From the NCBI GenBank assembly GCA_963793865.1, contig CAWCBP010000001.1, positions 512,001 to 576,000 of the forward strand: DNA of 64,000 bases, in the 5' to 3' direction. This document shows positions 1 through 8,931 of this stretch, in pieces (the first letter of the stretch is position 1; each line of letters starts with the position of its first letter). Position numbers and translations under genes: made by a program. This DNA is from an uncultured delta proteobacterium (GTDB lineage: Bacteria; Desulfobacterota; WTBG01). A model generated the notes under the pieces. It was given only the letters and a program-made list of their open reading frames with translations. It had not been told where the DNA came from and searched no databases.

Positions 1-102
1 AAAGCCCCCCCTGAAAACCCGGCTTATGATAAGTCAGTTGATGATCTTCAGGACGCCGCCGAACCGCAACCGAAGACGAATGAACCGTCTGCCGGGGATT
101 GA
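1..102 (+). CDS. 3' end of an unknown CDS (partial)
   Basis: Frame +1 is open from base 1 (KAPPENPAYDKSVDDLQDAAEPQPKTNEPSAGD) to TGA at 100-102; acidic/Pro-rich tail. Confidence 0.45.
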   Translation, partial: KAPPENPAYDKSVDDLQDAAEPQPKTNEPSAGD

Positions 103-156
103 GCACGTCTGCGGGAGCGGAGAGGCGTGAGGTATCATGGCAATTCGTTGAAATAC

Positions 157-233
157 GGCGGTGTAGCTCAGGTGGTTAGAGCATGCGGCTCATATCCGCA
201 GTGTCCGGGGTTCAAGTCCCTGCACCGCCACCA
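157..233 (+). tRNA. tRNA-Met(CAT), probably elongator
   Basis: Acceptor stem GGCGGTG/CACCGCC, D-arm TAGCTCAGGTGGTTAGAGC, anticodon arm TGCGG-CTCATAT-CCGCA, T-loop GTTCAAGTC, encoded CCA end. G1-C72 is paired and the anticodon stem lacks the three G-C pairs of initiators. Ile2 not fully excluded. Confidence 0.95.
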
Positions 234-358
234 CTTTTTTCTGCTGAGCCACATGAGGGTAGGGGGGGCTGTTTTGCTTATGCGAAACGGCCTTTTTCGT
301 CTCACCCGGGTGCGTGATCCGCGGCGGTATGCAGCTGCAGCAAAAAAGTGAAAAAAGC

Positions 359-388
359 TTGACAGCCGCGGAACAAAAATATTATAGA
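359..388 (+). promoter_or_regulatory. putative sigma70 promoter of the ferredoxin/por/nuo-like operon
   Basis: TTGACA (359-364), 18 nt, TATAGA (383-388) in an AT-rich stretch upstream of the gene at 490. Confidence 0.45.
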
Positions 389-489
389 TACCATCTTAGT
401 TTTTTTTTGCGCCCGGGAGCGGGCGCATAACCGGATTGCAGTGCCGAAACCTGATGAAAAGCAGGCACGGCGCTTAAAGGAGACACAGG

Positions 490-660
490 GTGATTCGCAT
501 TGACAGGGAAAAGTGTGTTGGGTGCGGCGGGTGCGTGGATCTCTGCCCCCGGACGGCCATCTGTTTTGTCAAGGACCGCGCATTCGTGGATGTGCAGCTC
601 TGCCTGGAGTGCCGGACATGCGTGAAAGTCTGCCCGGTGAAGGCGCCGTCAGAGGTGTAG
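490..660 (+). CDS. 2x[4Fe-4S] ferredoxin, 56 aa (missed by the ORF track)
   Basis: GTG start after AAGGAG; MIRIDREKCVGCGGCVDLCPRTAICFVKDRAFVDVQLCLECRTCVKVCPVKAPSEV with two CxxCxxCxxxCP motifs. Confidence 0.9.
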   Translation: MIRIDREKCVGCGGCVDLCPRTAICFVKDRAFVDVQLCLECRTCVKVCPVKAPSEV

Positions 661-727
661 GTTTGCGGTCACGGCGATTATGAACATGGTTCATGGTTAG
701 TGCAGGTAAACTTTTTGCAAAGGAGAT

Positions 728-1015
728 GTGATTTTGGAATCGACTGCGGGATTTCAGAAAAAGATGATCAGCTGCTCGTTGCTTGATCAGGGCCGGGGCA
801 TGCCATTTCGGCCGGGAGACGCGCGGGAGTGGACGCCGGAGTGGGACAAGGACAAGTGCATCCGCTGCGGGCTCTGTTTTGTGTACTGTCCCGACGGCGC
901 GGTGTTCCGCAATCAGGAGGGTTATTTTGAAGCTGATACCGACAAGTGCAAGGGCTGCGGCATATGCCACCGGGAATGCTGGTTCGGGGCCATCAGCATG
1001 TTCAAGGAGGAATGA
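728..1015 (+). CDS. 2-oxoacid:ferredoxin oxidoreductase delta-subunit-like ferredoxin (PorD-like)
   Basis: AGGAG RBS; PEWDKDKCIRCGLCFVYCPD...CKGCGICHREC is typical of PorD. Confidence 0.85.
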   Translation: MILESTAGFQKKMISCSLLDQGRGMPFRPGDAREWTPEWDKDKCIRCGLCFVYCPDGAVFRNQEGYFEADTDKCKGCGICHRECWFGAISMFKEE

Positions 1016-1017
1016 CA

Positions 1018-1743
1018 ATGGATAAGTACAGTCTCTATGTTTCTAATTTCCTGCCTTGCAAGGAATACTTCAGCCCTGAGCTGAACCAGGCATGCCCGGG
1101 CTGCGGGCTGGCGCTGGCCATCCGCCAGACATACAAGGCCCTGGGCATGAGCATTGAAAAGGGGGCCTGGGCGTCAGCAGAGCATGGAAAGGCCGGCGCT
1201 GCCGGTTCCGGGCTCTTTGGAACGGGCGCAACCGATGTCACCTTTTTGACCATTCCCAAGGCCCGGGGGAAGCTGGTGATCTGCTGCGATAACGAAGCGG
1301 GCGGATCTCTCGCCGACCTGCTTGAGAAACCCATGCCCCAGCTCGCCGCGTCACAGGGTTTCAGCTATGTGGCCACGGCCTGTCCCAGCTATCCCTTTGA
1401 CCTGTACGACAAGATGAAGCGGGCCTTCAAAAGCACTGCCGACGCCTATGTGCACGTGCTCTGTCCCTGCCCGCCGGGCTGGAAGTTTGACGCGGATTTC
1501 ACGGTGAAACTGGGGCGGCTGGCGGTGGAAAGCCGGGCATTCCCCCTGTATGAAGCGGGCGCGGGCGCGTACGGCCTCACGGTGAAGACGGGGAAGCCCA
1601 GGCCGCTTGCCGACTATCTCAAGGCGCAGGGGCGGTTTGAAAAGCTGAGCGAGGGGGAAATGGCCGAGGCGCAGGCATCGGTTGACCGTGCGTATAAACA
1701 TCTGGAAGGCATGATACAGCAGTATCTCGACGCGGTTGCGTAA
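1018..1743 (+). CDS. 2-oxoacid:ferredoxin oxidoreductase beta-subunit-like protein (PorB-like, degenerate TPP motif)
   Basis: ACPGCG, DNEA, YVATACPSYP, HVLCPCPPGW, FPLYE and YLKAQGRF match PorB. The GDG motif reads GTG and the centre is shortened. AGGAGG RBS before ATG 1018. Confidence 0.75.
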   Translation: MDKYSLYVSNFLPCKEYFSPELNQACPGCGLALAIRQTYKALGMSIEKGAWASAEHGKAGAAGSGLFGTGATDVTFLTIPKARGKLVICCDNEAGGSLADLLEKPMPQLAASQGFSYVATACPSYPFDLYDKMKRAFKSTADAYVHVLCPCPPGWKFDADFTVKLGRLAVESRAFPLYEAGAGAYGLTVKTGKPRPLADYLKAQGRFEKLSEGEMAEAQASVDRAYKHLEGMIQQYLDAVA

Positions 1744-1786
1744 GATGAGTGTCCCGGCTTCGGGATATCGTTGAAAGGAGCAGGTA

Positions 1787-2536
1787 ATGTCTAAGAGTAC
1801 GAGGATGAAACCAGGCGCAAAGAAGAGCTCACAAAAAAAGGCTTCGTCTCCTGCGACTGCTCAAGCGCCCCAGGCTGCGGCCCCGGGCTCATGGGCGGGC
1901 AGCAGCAAGGCCATGTTTGAGCTCATGATCAAGGAGGTGCCGGAATCGCTGCAGGATGTGTTCCGGGTGAAACTGATGGATATACTCGGGCAGAAGGCGA
2001 AGGGCGGTGCCTACCAGGAAGCCCAGGTTGTGGAGATCGTCAATGAAATCGTGCCCGAGCCGTTCAAGTCCAACATCCTCAAGGGTTTCGCCACCATGGG
2101 GGGTGTTGACATAAGCCTGGTTGAAGGCATCGTGGCTTCATATCCCGGCGGCCAGGAATCCGTCCCCGCCATACTTCACGCCCTGAAGGCCAAGTTCGGC
2201 CATGTGCCGGAAGAGGCGCTGCGGGTGGTGAGCCAGAAGAAAAATGTGTTCATGAGCACCCTCTACCGGCTGGTGACCTCATTCACGGCGTTCCCAACCG
2301 ATTTGCCCAGGAAATACACGGTGAGCGTCTGTGACGGCACGGGGTGCCACCTCAAGGGCAGCGCTTCAATGCTGAAAAAGCTTGAGGAGAAAGCGGCCTC
2401 GCCGGACGCGGACATTAACTTGGAAAAGGTGAGATGCCTGGGCTGCTGCGACCTTTCGCCCGCGGTGCTGGTGAACGGTGAAATGTACAGCGGTGATGAT
2501 GCCCATGCCAAGATTTCAGAAATGTTAGGTGAATGA
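1787..2536 (+). CDS. NuoE/HydC-like [2Fe-2S] subunit with extra N-terminal helical domain
   Basis: VCDGTGCHLKGS...VRCLGCCDLSPAVLVNG at the C-terminus; about 105 aa N-terminal extension. Confidence 0.85.
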   Translation: MSKSTRMKPGAKKSSQKKASSPATAQAPQAAAPGSWAGSSKAMFELMIKEVPESLQDVFRVKLMDILGQKAKGGAYQEAQVVEIVNEIVPEPFKSNILKGFATMGGVDISLVEGIVASYPGGQESVPAILHALKAKFGHVPEEALRVVSQKKNVFMSTLYRLVTSFTAFPTDLPRKYTVSVCDGTGCHLKGSASMLKKLEEKAASPDADINLEKVRCLGCCDLSPAVLVNGEMYSGDDAHAKISEMLGE

Positions 2537-2549
2537 TAAAGGGGAGTCT

Positions 2550-4260
2550 ATGAAACAGGATAAACCGCTTGACCTGAACGCGATACAAAAGAAGGGGCTC
2601 AGCATGCTGGCGCCGGCGCGTGCCCGGATTACCGTCGGCATGGCAACCTGCGGATTGGCCAAGGGCGCGGGGAAGATTTTTGAAGCCCTGAAGTATGAGA
2701 TCAAGAAGCAGAAAGCCAAGGCTGACCTGGTGGTGGTGGGGTGCAACGGCCTTTGCTATGCCGAACCCATTGTTGAAGTGATCTGCCCGGGAAAGCCGCG
2801 CATCACCTATGGCCGGGTGAGCGTGGAACGGGTTCCTGACCTGGTGGCCTCGGTGGCAAAGGGAGGCGTGGTCAAGGATCTGGCCCTGATGAGGATGGAC
2901 CGGTTAACCGCGGAAGGCGGTGCATCGATCAAATATGCCGGGGCGAAGGTCCCCAAGGACGCGGCCGCGCTCAAAGAATGCGGGAAGCTTGATTTTTTCA
3001 AAAAGCAGATGAAGCTCATCAGCAAAAACGCCGGAACGGTCAGCCCGGAGCAGGTTGAGGAATACTGCGCGCTGGGCGGCTACCAGGCGCTGCTGAAAGC
3101 CGTTACCTCCATGAGCCCGGATGAGGTCATCAGGGAAGTAACCGTGTCCAAGCTCCGCGGCCGGGGCGGCGCCGGATTCCCGGCGGGCATTAAGCTGCAG
3201 GCATGCCGTCAGGCGGCCGGGGATGCCAAGTACATTGTCGCCAACGGCAGCGAAGGCGATCCCGAAATCGGCATGCACCGGAGCTTTCTGGAATCGGATC
3301 CCCACGCGGTCATAGAGGGGATGGCCATCGCCGGCTACGCGGTGGGTGCATCGGAAGGCTACATTTATTTGAATGACCGGTACCAGGTGGCCCACGAGCG
3401 GCTCACCCGGGCCATCGAGGGGGCGGAAGCCCTGGGACTTATCGGGAGCAATATAGCGGGTTCGGGATTTTCTTTCTCCCTGCGGGTGAAGCGGGGAGGA
3501 GGCGCGTACGTGTGCGGCGAGGAAACGGCGCTGCTCAACGCGCTGGAAGGCTCGTTCGGCGAGCCGAGACCGCGGCCCCCGTATCCCGCGGAGAGCGGGC
3601 TTTTCAACAAGCCCACCGTGGTCAACAATCTCGAGACCCTGGCAACCATTCCCGCCATTATCGCCGGGGGCGGGGAAGCGGTACGCGGGCATCGGCACGC
3701 CGGGCAGCACCGGCACGAAAATCGTGGCCCTGTCCGGGCATGTGGCCAGGAGCTGCTGGGTGGAGGTCCCGCTGGGCATGGAGATCGGGGAGATCATTGA
3801 AACCTTCGGCGGCGGCGCCGCCAACGGAAAGAAGATAAAAGGTTTCCAGGCGGGAGGCCCGTCAGGCGGCATTCTGCCGGCCAAACTGCTGAAGATCAAG
3901 CTTGACTACGATCGCCTGGCCAAGGAAGGAAGCCTGCTGGGTTCGGGCGGGCTGGTGGTCATGGATGAGGATACTGACCTGCTGGAGATGGCAAAATTTT
4001 TCACCGACTTTTTTGCCGACGAGTCCTGTGGAAAGTGCAGCATCTGCAGGGAAGGCACCAAGCGGCTCCAGCAGATCATCACTGATGTGATGGAAGGGCA
4101 GGGAACAAGCGAGCACATCGCCCTGGTCAAGCGCCTGGCATCAGCACTGTCGGATACCGGCGCCTGCGCCCTGGGCAAAACCGCAGCGGTGCCCTTTATA
4201 TCGGTGCTCAACCATTTCCCGCAGGTGATCGAAGGCAAACTGCTCAGGAAGAAAGCGTAA
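2550..4260 (+). CDS. NuoF/HydB-like FMN/NAD(P)H-binding subunit (frameshift near 3681)
   Basis: N-terminal thioredoxin-like Fe-S domain (TCG...GCNGLCYAEP), LRGRGGAGFP, GAYVCGEETAL, GGPSGG, ESCGKCSICREG...CALG. ORFs 2529-3800 and 3724-4260 join on removing one base (EA|YAGIGTPGSTGTK). Confidence 0.88.
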
Positions 4261-4300
4261 GGTCATAAACGGCGTAGCGATACGAGAGAGGATGATATTT

Positions 4301-5239
4301 ATGGTGAGCTTAAAGATAAATGGAAGGAAGATAAAGGCAGCGGAGGGCATGACCATCCTTCAGGCGGCGCGGGTCAATGACATTGAGATACCCACGCTGT
4401 GTTCGAATGACGCGCTCAAGCCCTATGGCGCCTGCCGCCTCTGCGTGGTGGAGATCGGGAAAAACGGGAGGGTGACGGTGGACACATCCTGCACCTACCC
4501 GGTGAGCGACGGGCTGGAGGTGCAAACCAACACCCCCCGCATCAGGGAAGCGCGCAAGATGATTCTCGAGCTCCATCTGGCGCGCTGCCCCAACGTGCAG
4601 ATTGTCCAGGAGCTGGCCGCGGAGTACGGGGTGACCGAAAGCGCCCAGCAGATGGGAAAGGATAATGAGTACTGCATACTCTGCGGGCTGTGCGTCCGCG
4701 CCTGCAACGACGTGGTCAAGGCGGGCGCCATCCAGTTTGCGGGACGCGGCCCGGGCAAGATGGTGGACTCGCCCTTCAGCAAGACCGCGGATGACTGCAT
4801 TGCCTGCGGCTCATGCGCCTTTATCTGTCCCACCGGCATCATCAAGAAAAATGACCTGTTTTCCACCGCGCTCTGCACGCCGGACGGATGCGATCAAACC
4901 GGCCCGCAGCGCGAGATCCTGAACTGGAAGGTGGAGCACAAACTGAAGTGCTGCAAAAAGTGCGGCAATCCCTACGCGCCGGAGCCGCATCTGGAAAAGG
5001 TGAAGCGGGAAAAGAATCTGCCCAATGAATTTTTTGACATCTGCCCCTCGTGCCGGCAGTATCCGGTGGTTGACCCGGACAAGTGCCTGGGCTGCGGCGG
5101 CTGCATGGAGAACTGCCCCTGCGGCGCGCTGGAGCTCGAGGACAAGGGCGGTTATGATAAAAAGGCGCAGCTCTATCCGCAGAACTGCACCGCCTGCCAC
5201 AGCTGCGAGCTCATCTGTCCCATGCAGGCCATCAGCTAG
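4301..5239 (+). CDS. NuoG/HydA N-terminal-like Fe-S subunit with extra C-terminal ferredoxin domain; no H-cluster or Mo/W domain
   Basis: IPTLC...GACRLCVVE...SC [2Fe-2S]; CILCGLCVRAC and CIACGSCAFICP; CKKC...CPSC; CLGCGGCMENCP and CTACHSCELICP. Confidence 0.85.
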   Translation: MVSLKINGRKIKAAEGMTILQAARVNDIEIPTLCSNDALKPYGACRLCVVEIGKNGRVTVDTSCTYPVSDGLEVQTNTPRIREARKMILELHLARCPNVQIVQELAAEYGVTESAQQMGKDNEYCILCGLCVRACNDVVKAGAIQFAGRGPGKMVDSPFSKTADDCIACGSCAFICPTGIIKKNDLFSTALCTPDGCDQTGPQREILNWKVEHKLKCCKKCGNPYAPEPHLEKVKREKNLPNEFFDICPSCRQYPVVDPDKCLGCGGCMENCPCGALELEDKGGYDKKAQLYPQNCTACHSCELICPMQAIS

Positions 5240-5288
5240 AGAGTTGCCCCAATTCTGAATGACTATGTAAGCATCCAAGGAGGAAGTA

Positions 5289-6587
5289 ATGACGGTTTAC
5301 GATCTTGCCATTGTGGGCGCCGGTCCCGGAGGTGTGCATGCTGCCAAGTGGGCGGCCAAGAAGGGGCTCAAGACGATTCTCATTGAGAAGCGCAAAGACA
5401 TCTCCAAAATCACCCGTTACTGCAGCGAGCATTTGATACTCGATGAAGGCTATAACGGGGATACGGTTTTGGTGGATCCTAAAAAAGGCACCATCACCTC
5501 GACGGCGAACGGGTGGGTGGTTGACTATAAAGGCGGTTTGTTCCCCTGCATTGATAAATGGTACTACTCTCCCAAGGGCAGGGCCATCCACTTCGCCTGG
5601 CCTGACCGGCGGCCGTATGCCTACAAGTACGACAAGGGCTTTCTGCTGGGGAGCCTGCTCGAGGAATGCCTGGCGCTGGGGGTCACCTTCCAAAATGAAA
5701 CCAGCGGCTATGACGCGGTCGACAGCGCCCAGGGGGTCGAGATCAAGTGCGTGAGCAGGGGAAAGAAGGAGAAGGTGAAGGCGAAAAAGCTCATCATCGC
5801 CGACGGGTGCAACACCCGCCTGGGGCAGGCAATGGGTTTCAACGCCAGCCGCGGTTACATGGGCTTTGCCCTGTGCATGGCCAGCTACATGTCCGGCGTG
5901 AAGAAATACAACCCTGAAGAATGGGTGCTCTGGTACGGCAGGTGCTACGGCTCAAATCTCGCCCCCATCATCGGCACCGGGCCGGCCGGCCATTTTGAGG
6001 ACTGGGCGGATGTGATCAACCTCGGCAGCCCCCGGGACCTGCCGGTGGAGGCATTTGGCCGGTTCACCAAAAACAGTCCCATAGCCGACCGGTTTGCAAA
6101 CGCCAAGGTTGAAGAGCGGTACTGCTGTTCGGTCAAGGCCTTTACCCCCATTGCCCGTCCCTATAAAAGTAATACTATAATTATAGGAGATTCTGCCGCG
6201 TTTGTTGAAGTGCAGGGTCAGGGGGCTCTGAGCTGCGGTTATAAGGCCGCGGAGGCGGTTGCCAGGGAACTCAAGGGTGAAAAGGGGTTCGAGGAATACG
6301 CCGACTGGTGGCTTAAATCGTTTGAGTTCAATGACAAGGGGATGATGCAGGTGCAGCAGGGATATGCCTTTGTGCCCACCTATACCGATGACGAGCTTGA
6401 CTACCTTTTCGGCCTGTGTGAGGACGTGCTCCTGGACGGGAGCTTCAGCCAGTACAAGTCATCCCGGATGATATGGGACGCAATCCTGCGCGACCCGAAG
6501 AAAATTGAGCGGGAACACCCCGCCACCTATGCAAAAATCAAGAGCGTCCGCAGCAGCACCCTTGAAAGCAGCCTCAAGGACGGCTAA
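5289..6587 (+). CDS. geranylgeranyl reductase/FixC-family NAD(P)/FAD-dependent oxidoreductase
   Basis: YDLAIVGAGPGG Rossmann motif, LIIADG, IIIGDSAAF; AGGAGG RBS. Confidence 0.85.
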   Translation: MTVYDLAIVGAGPGGVHAAKWAAKKGLKTILIEKRKDISKITRYCSEHLILDEGYNGDTVLVDPKKGTITSTANGWVVDYKGGLFPCIDKWYYSPKGRAIHFAWPDRRPYAYKYDKGFLLGSLLEECLALGVTFQNETSGYDAVDSAQGVEIKCVSRGKKEKVKAKKLIIADGCNTRLGQAMGFNASRGYMGFALCMASYMSGVKKYNPEEWVLWYGRCYGSNLAPIIGTGPAGHFEDWADVINLGSPRDLPVEAFGRFTKNSPIADRFANAKVEERYCCSVKAFTPIARPYKSNTIIIGDSAAFVEVQGQGALSCGYKAAEAVARELKGEKGFEEYADWWLKSFEFNDKGMMQVQQGYAFVPTYTDDELDYLFGLCEDVLLDGSFSQYKSSRMIWDAILRDPKKIEREHPATYAKIKSVRSSTLESSLKDG

Positions 6588-6609
6588 GACGCGGGCGTTT
6601 GCTGAATCA

Positions 6610-6645
6610 AACAAAAGCCGGGGATTTGCTTCCCCGGCTTTTGTT
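6610..6645. terminator. bidirectional intrinsic terminator
   Basis: AACAAAAGCCGGGGA-loop-TCCCCGGCTTTTGTT between convergent genes. Confidence 0.8.
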
Positions 6646-6662
6646 CTTTCTTATGCCGTCCT

Positions 6663-7844
6663 CTAGAAGCGGTACATCACGGTGGGGGCGATGGCGAAAA
6701 GACCGGAAAAATTTGATCCCATGTCCAGCACCAGCTGAAATGACGGCGACAGTTCGATGTTGGTTCCAATGTGCGTGCTCCACGGTTTCGAGGTCTTCTC
6801 CCGCACCCTGAACTTGACCGTACCCAAAACCGGAACGCGGGGGTCCCCCTTTATGGTGTTGGTGGTATCCCAGTAGGTTTCCCCCAGCCAGAGGTTGAGC
6901 TTACAGTCAGCCGCCTGCGTTCTCCAGCCGAGGCGGACGGAGTTCAGCATCGCCTTCACATCAGGGCTCAGGCTGTTGCCCAGGGGAATATTTCCCTGCA
7001 GCGCGCTGATGGTGTAATTCCAATCGTATGAGGCAAAGAATTTTTTATATCCCCCGACGAGGGTGTAACCCACGCCGTAGGTGACGCCGGTCAGGTCAAT
7101 GTGTATGTCAAGATCCCGGGGGTGTTTGCCAAACCGCTTGCGCAGGCGATCGTAGGGGGCAAGGCCTACTGAAGCATCGGCATCCTCGCGGGTGTACCCG
7201 AACAGCCCATAGACGTTCAAAAAGGGGAACAGCCAGGCGTCAAGGCGCAGCGCCCAGTTCAGCTCCCTGCTCTTCACCTTGATGTCGGTCAGCCCGTCCA
7301 CGGCAATGGCCCGGCCCTTGATGGAAACCTGCGCGTCGCTCACGCTGATGTGCCGCCTGCCGTGATAGAAACTCGGCATTACTCCGAAGGCAAGGGGAAG
7401 GGTATGCCCCTTTGCTTCAGCCTCCTCTCCTAAAATCGGTAAAATCGTTTGCCATTTATGTGACGGGTTTGACCCCCCGGTGCCGGCGTCGTCAGCGGCA
7501 GCATCAGGTGCAGCGGCCTGCCGGTGCGCATCACCGTTCTCCGCGTTCTGTGCAATCATGCTGCTCAGCCGCAGCTGCAACGGGTCTGAAGTTTCTGTTT
7601 CGTCAAAGAGAGGAAGCCGTGAGTGCGGTTTAATAACGCCATTCTCCTGTAATGGCGTATCCTCGATTATTGCTGCATGATTGGACAGCACCGGTTCATT
7701 TTCTGCCGACACGATAAGAGGCCGGATGATAATCATGGATAAAATAAAAATGGCGCACCTGCACAGACTGCACAACGTCTCAAAGCGCGCGCCTGAATGA
7801 GTCCCGGATGTTTTTATCGGAGGGTATGGAAAGCACATTATCAT
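6663..7844 (-). CDS. putative outer-membrane beta-barrel protein (start uncertain)
   Basis: Amphipathic aromatic strands (LDAWLFPFLNVYG, YGVGYTLVGGY), C-terminal YRF, acidic low-complexity N-terminal linker. Confidence 0.6.
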   Translation of the reverse strand: MIMCFPYPPIKTSGTHSGARFETLCSLCRCAIFILSMIIIRPLIVSAENEPVLSNHAAIIEDTPLQENGVIKPHSRLPLFDETETSDPLQLRLSSMIAQNAENGDAHRQAAAPDAAADDAGTGGSNPSHKWQTILPILGEEAEAKGHTLPLAFGVMPSFYHGRRHISVSDAQVSIKGRAIAVDGLTDIKVKSRELNWALRLDAWLFPFLNVYGLFGYTREDADASVGLAPYDRLRKRFGKHPRDLDIHIDLTGVTYGVGYTLVGGYKKFFASYDWNYTISALQGNIPLGNSLSPDVKAMLNSVRLGWRTQAADCKLNLWLGETYWDTTNTIKGDPRVPVLGTVKFRVREKTSKPWSTHIGTNIELSPSFQLVLDMGSNFSGLFAIAPTVMYRF

Positions 7845-8150
7845 ATCTATGGTCTGTTGCTATAATCAAACAGAAAGAAGAATTCGATTTACGGAAAGTT
7901 GTATTTATCGGTTGACAGAGGCTCAGGCGGATGATAGTTAATTTCGAACCATAGCGCAGCCCTTATGAATAAAGAAAGCGGATGTAAGATATGGTAGCAG
8001 AATCCGAATGGGCAGTCAAATTTTTATGGAACTATTGTAGTGAATGCCGTTGCATTTGAGGGGCCGGCCCCGGTCCGTTGCGTAACGGCAGCGTGAGGAA
8101 ATGAAGGCGAGGCCGGACAGGAATACCCACCGTGCGAGAGGAGTTTGGTT

Positions 8151-8918
8151 ATGGCAAAGGTAGCATGGAATGAGATGACTGCGTTCGCAAAAGTTATTGT
8201 GGAGGATTACAAGCTGTTTGAAGGACTGGAGCTGGTGCCGCTTGAGACCTACCAGGGCATGGACACCAGGCCGGCCTGGGAGTTTAAAACCCCCATGGCC
8301 ACCGGCTTCTACAAGCCGTACCTCATCAAGGGAAGCGACCGGATCGAGAAGATCACCATCGGGGAGCTGCATTACATGGGACGGGCCAAGTACTGCGCCC
8401 TGAACATGACCGCGAGCAACGATTACGACCTGCCCATCTATGCCTGCGAGTTTGACGAGACGGCGCCGCGGGTGGGCGTGACCATGGATTTAATGCCCAC
8501 GGTGGACATCGCCCGGCACGAGGAGTACCTGCAAAAATACTACCGGGAGATAGCGCCGCTGTGGCGGAAGTACCGAACCATACCCGGATTTACCCTTGAA
8601 GGCCGCTGTCTGGTGCAGAGAAGGTACGCGCCCTGGCCCTGGGCGCGCGAGTCGCTCTCTCCCTTCAGCCTTGACGGGCGGGTGGAGGAGAAGGAGGACC
8701 GGGTGAAGCTGATGGAGGCGGTGGTGGCCTATGCCCGGGTGTGGCTTAACCTGCTGAAGAAGGCGGAGCCCATCCGGGATGAGGGGTACCGGCAGGAGAT
8801 GCTGCGCAGAAAAAGCAAAACCCAGAAATATTACCGCGATCTTGACCCGGGCGGAGAGGTGATGAAAAAGATTTTCGGCGCGGAAAAAAGCCACCTCTTC
8901 GTGAGCCTTGTCTTTTAA
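8151..8918 (+). CDS. ferredoxin-dependent bilin reductase / RCC reductase family protein, copy 1
   Basis: YDLPIYACEF...MDLMP...EEYLQKYY and C-terminal YYRDLDPGGEVMKKIFGAEKSHLFVSLVF resemble PebA/PebB/PcyA/HY2/RCCR motifs as recalled; 255 aa fits the family. Confidence 0.72.
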   Translation: MAKVAWNEMTAFAKVIVEDYKLFEGLELVPLETYQGMDTRPAWEFKTPMATGFYKPYLIKGSDRIEKITIGELHYMGRAKYCALNMTASNDYDLPIYACEFDETAPRVGVTMDLMPTVDIARHEEYLQKYYREIAPLWRKYRTIPGFTLEGRCLVQRRYAPWPWARESLSPFSLDGRVEEKEDRVKLMEAVVAYARVWLNLLKKAEPIRDEGYRQEMLRRKSKTQKYYRDLDPGGEVMKKIFGAEKSHLFVSLVF

Positions 8919-8931
8919 AGGAGGTAGAGAA

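Noticed and set aside
157..233. tRNA as integration site of a genomic island
   Set aside because: No integrase, and I noticed no repeat of the tRNA 3' end in the window.
127..351. 74 aa ORF
   Set aside because: Overlaps the tRNA-Met gene; spurious.
5186..5200. CTACH as a heme-binding motif
   Set aside because: Part of the CxxCxxCxxxCP ferredoxin motif in a cytoplasmic protein.
1787..5239. Respiratory complex I or [FeFe]-hydrogenase
   Set aside because: No membrane or NuoBCD subunits and no H-cluster motifs.
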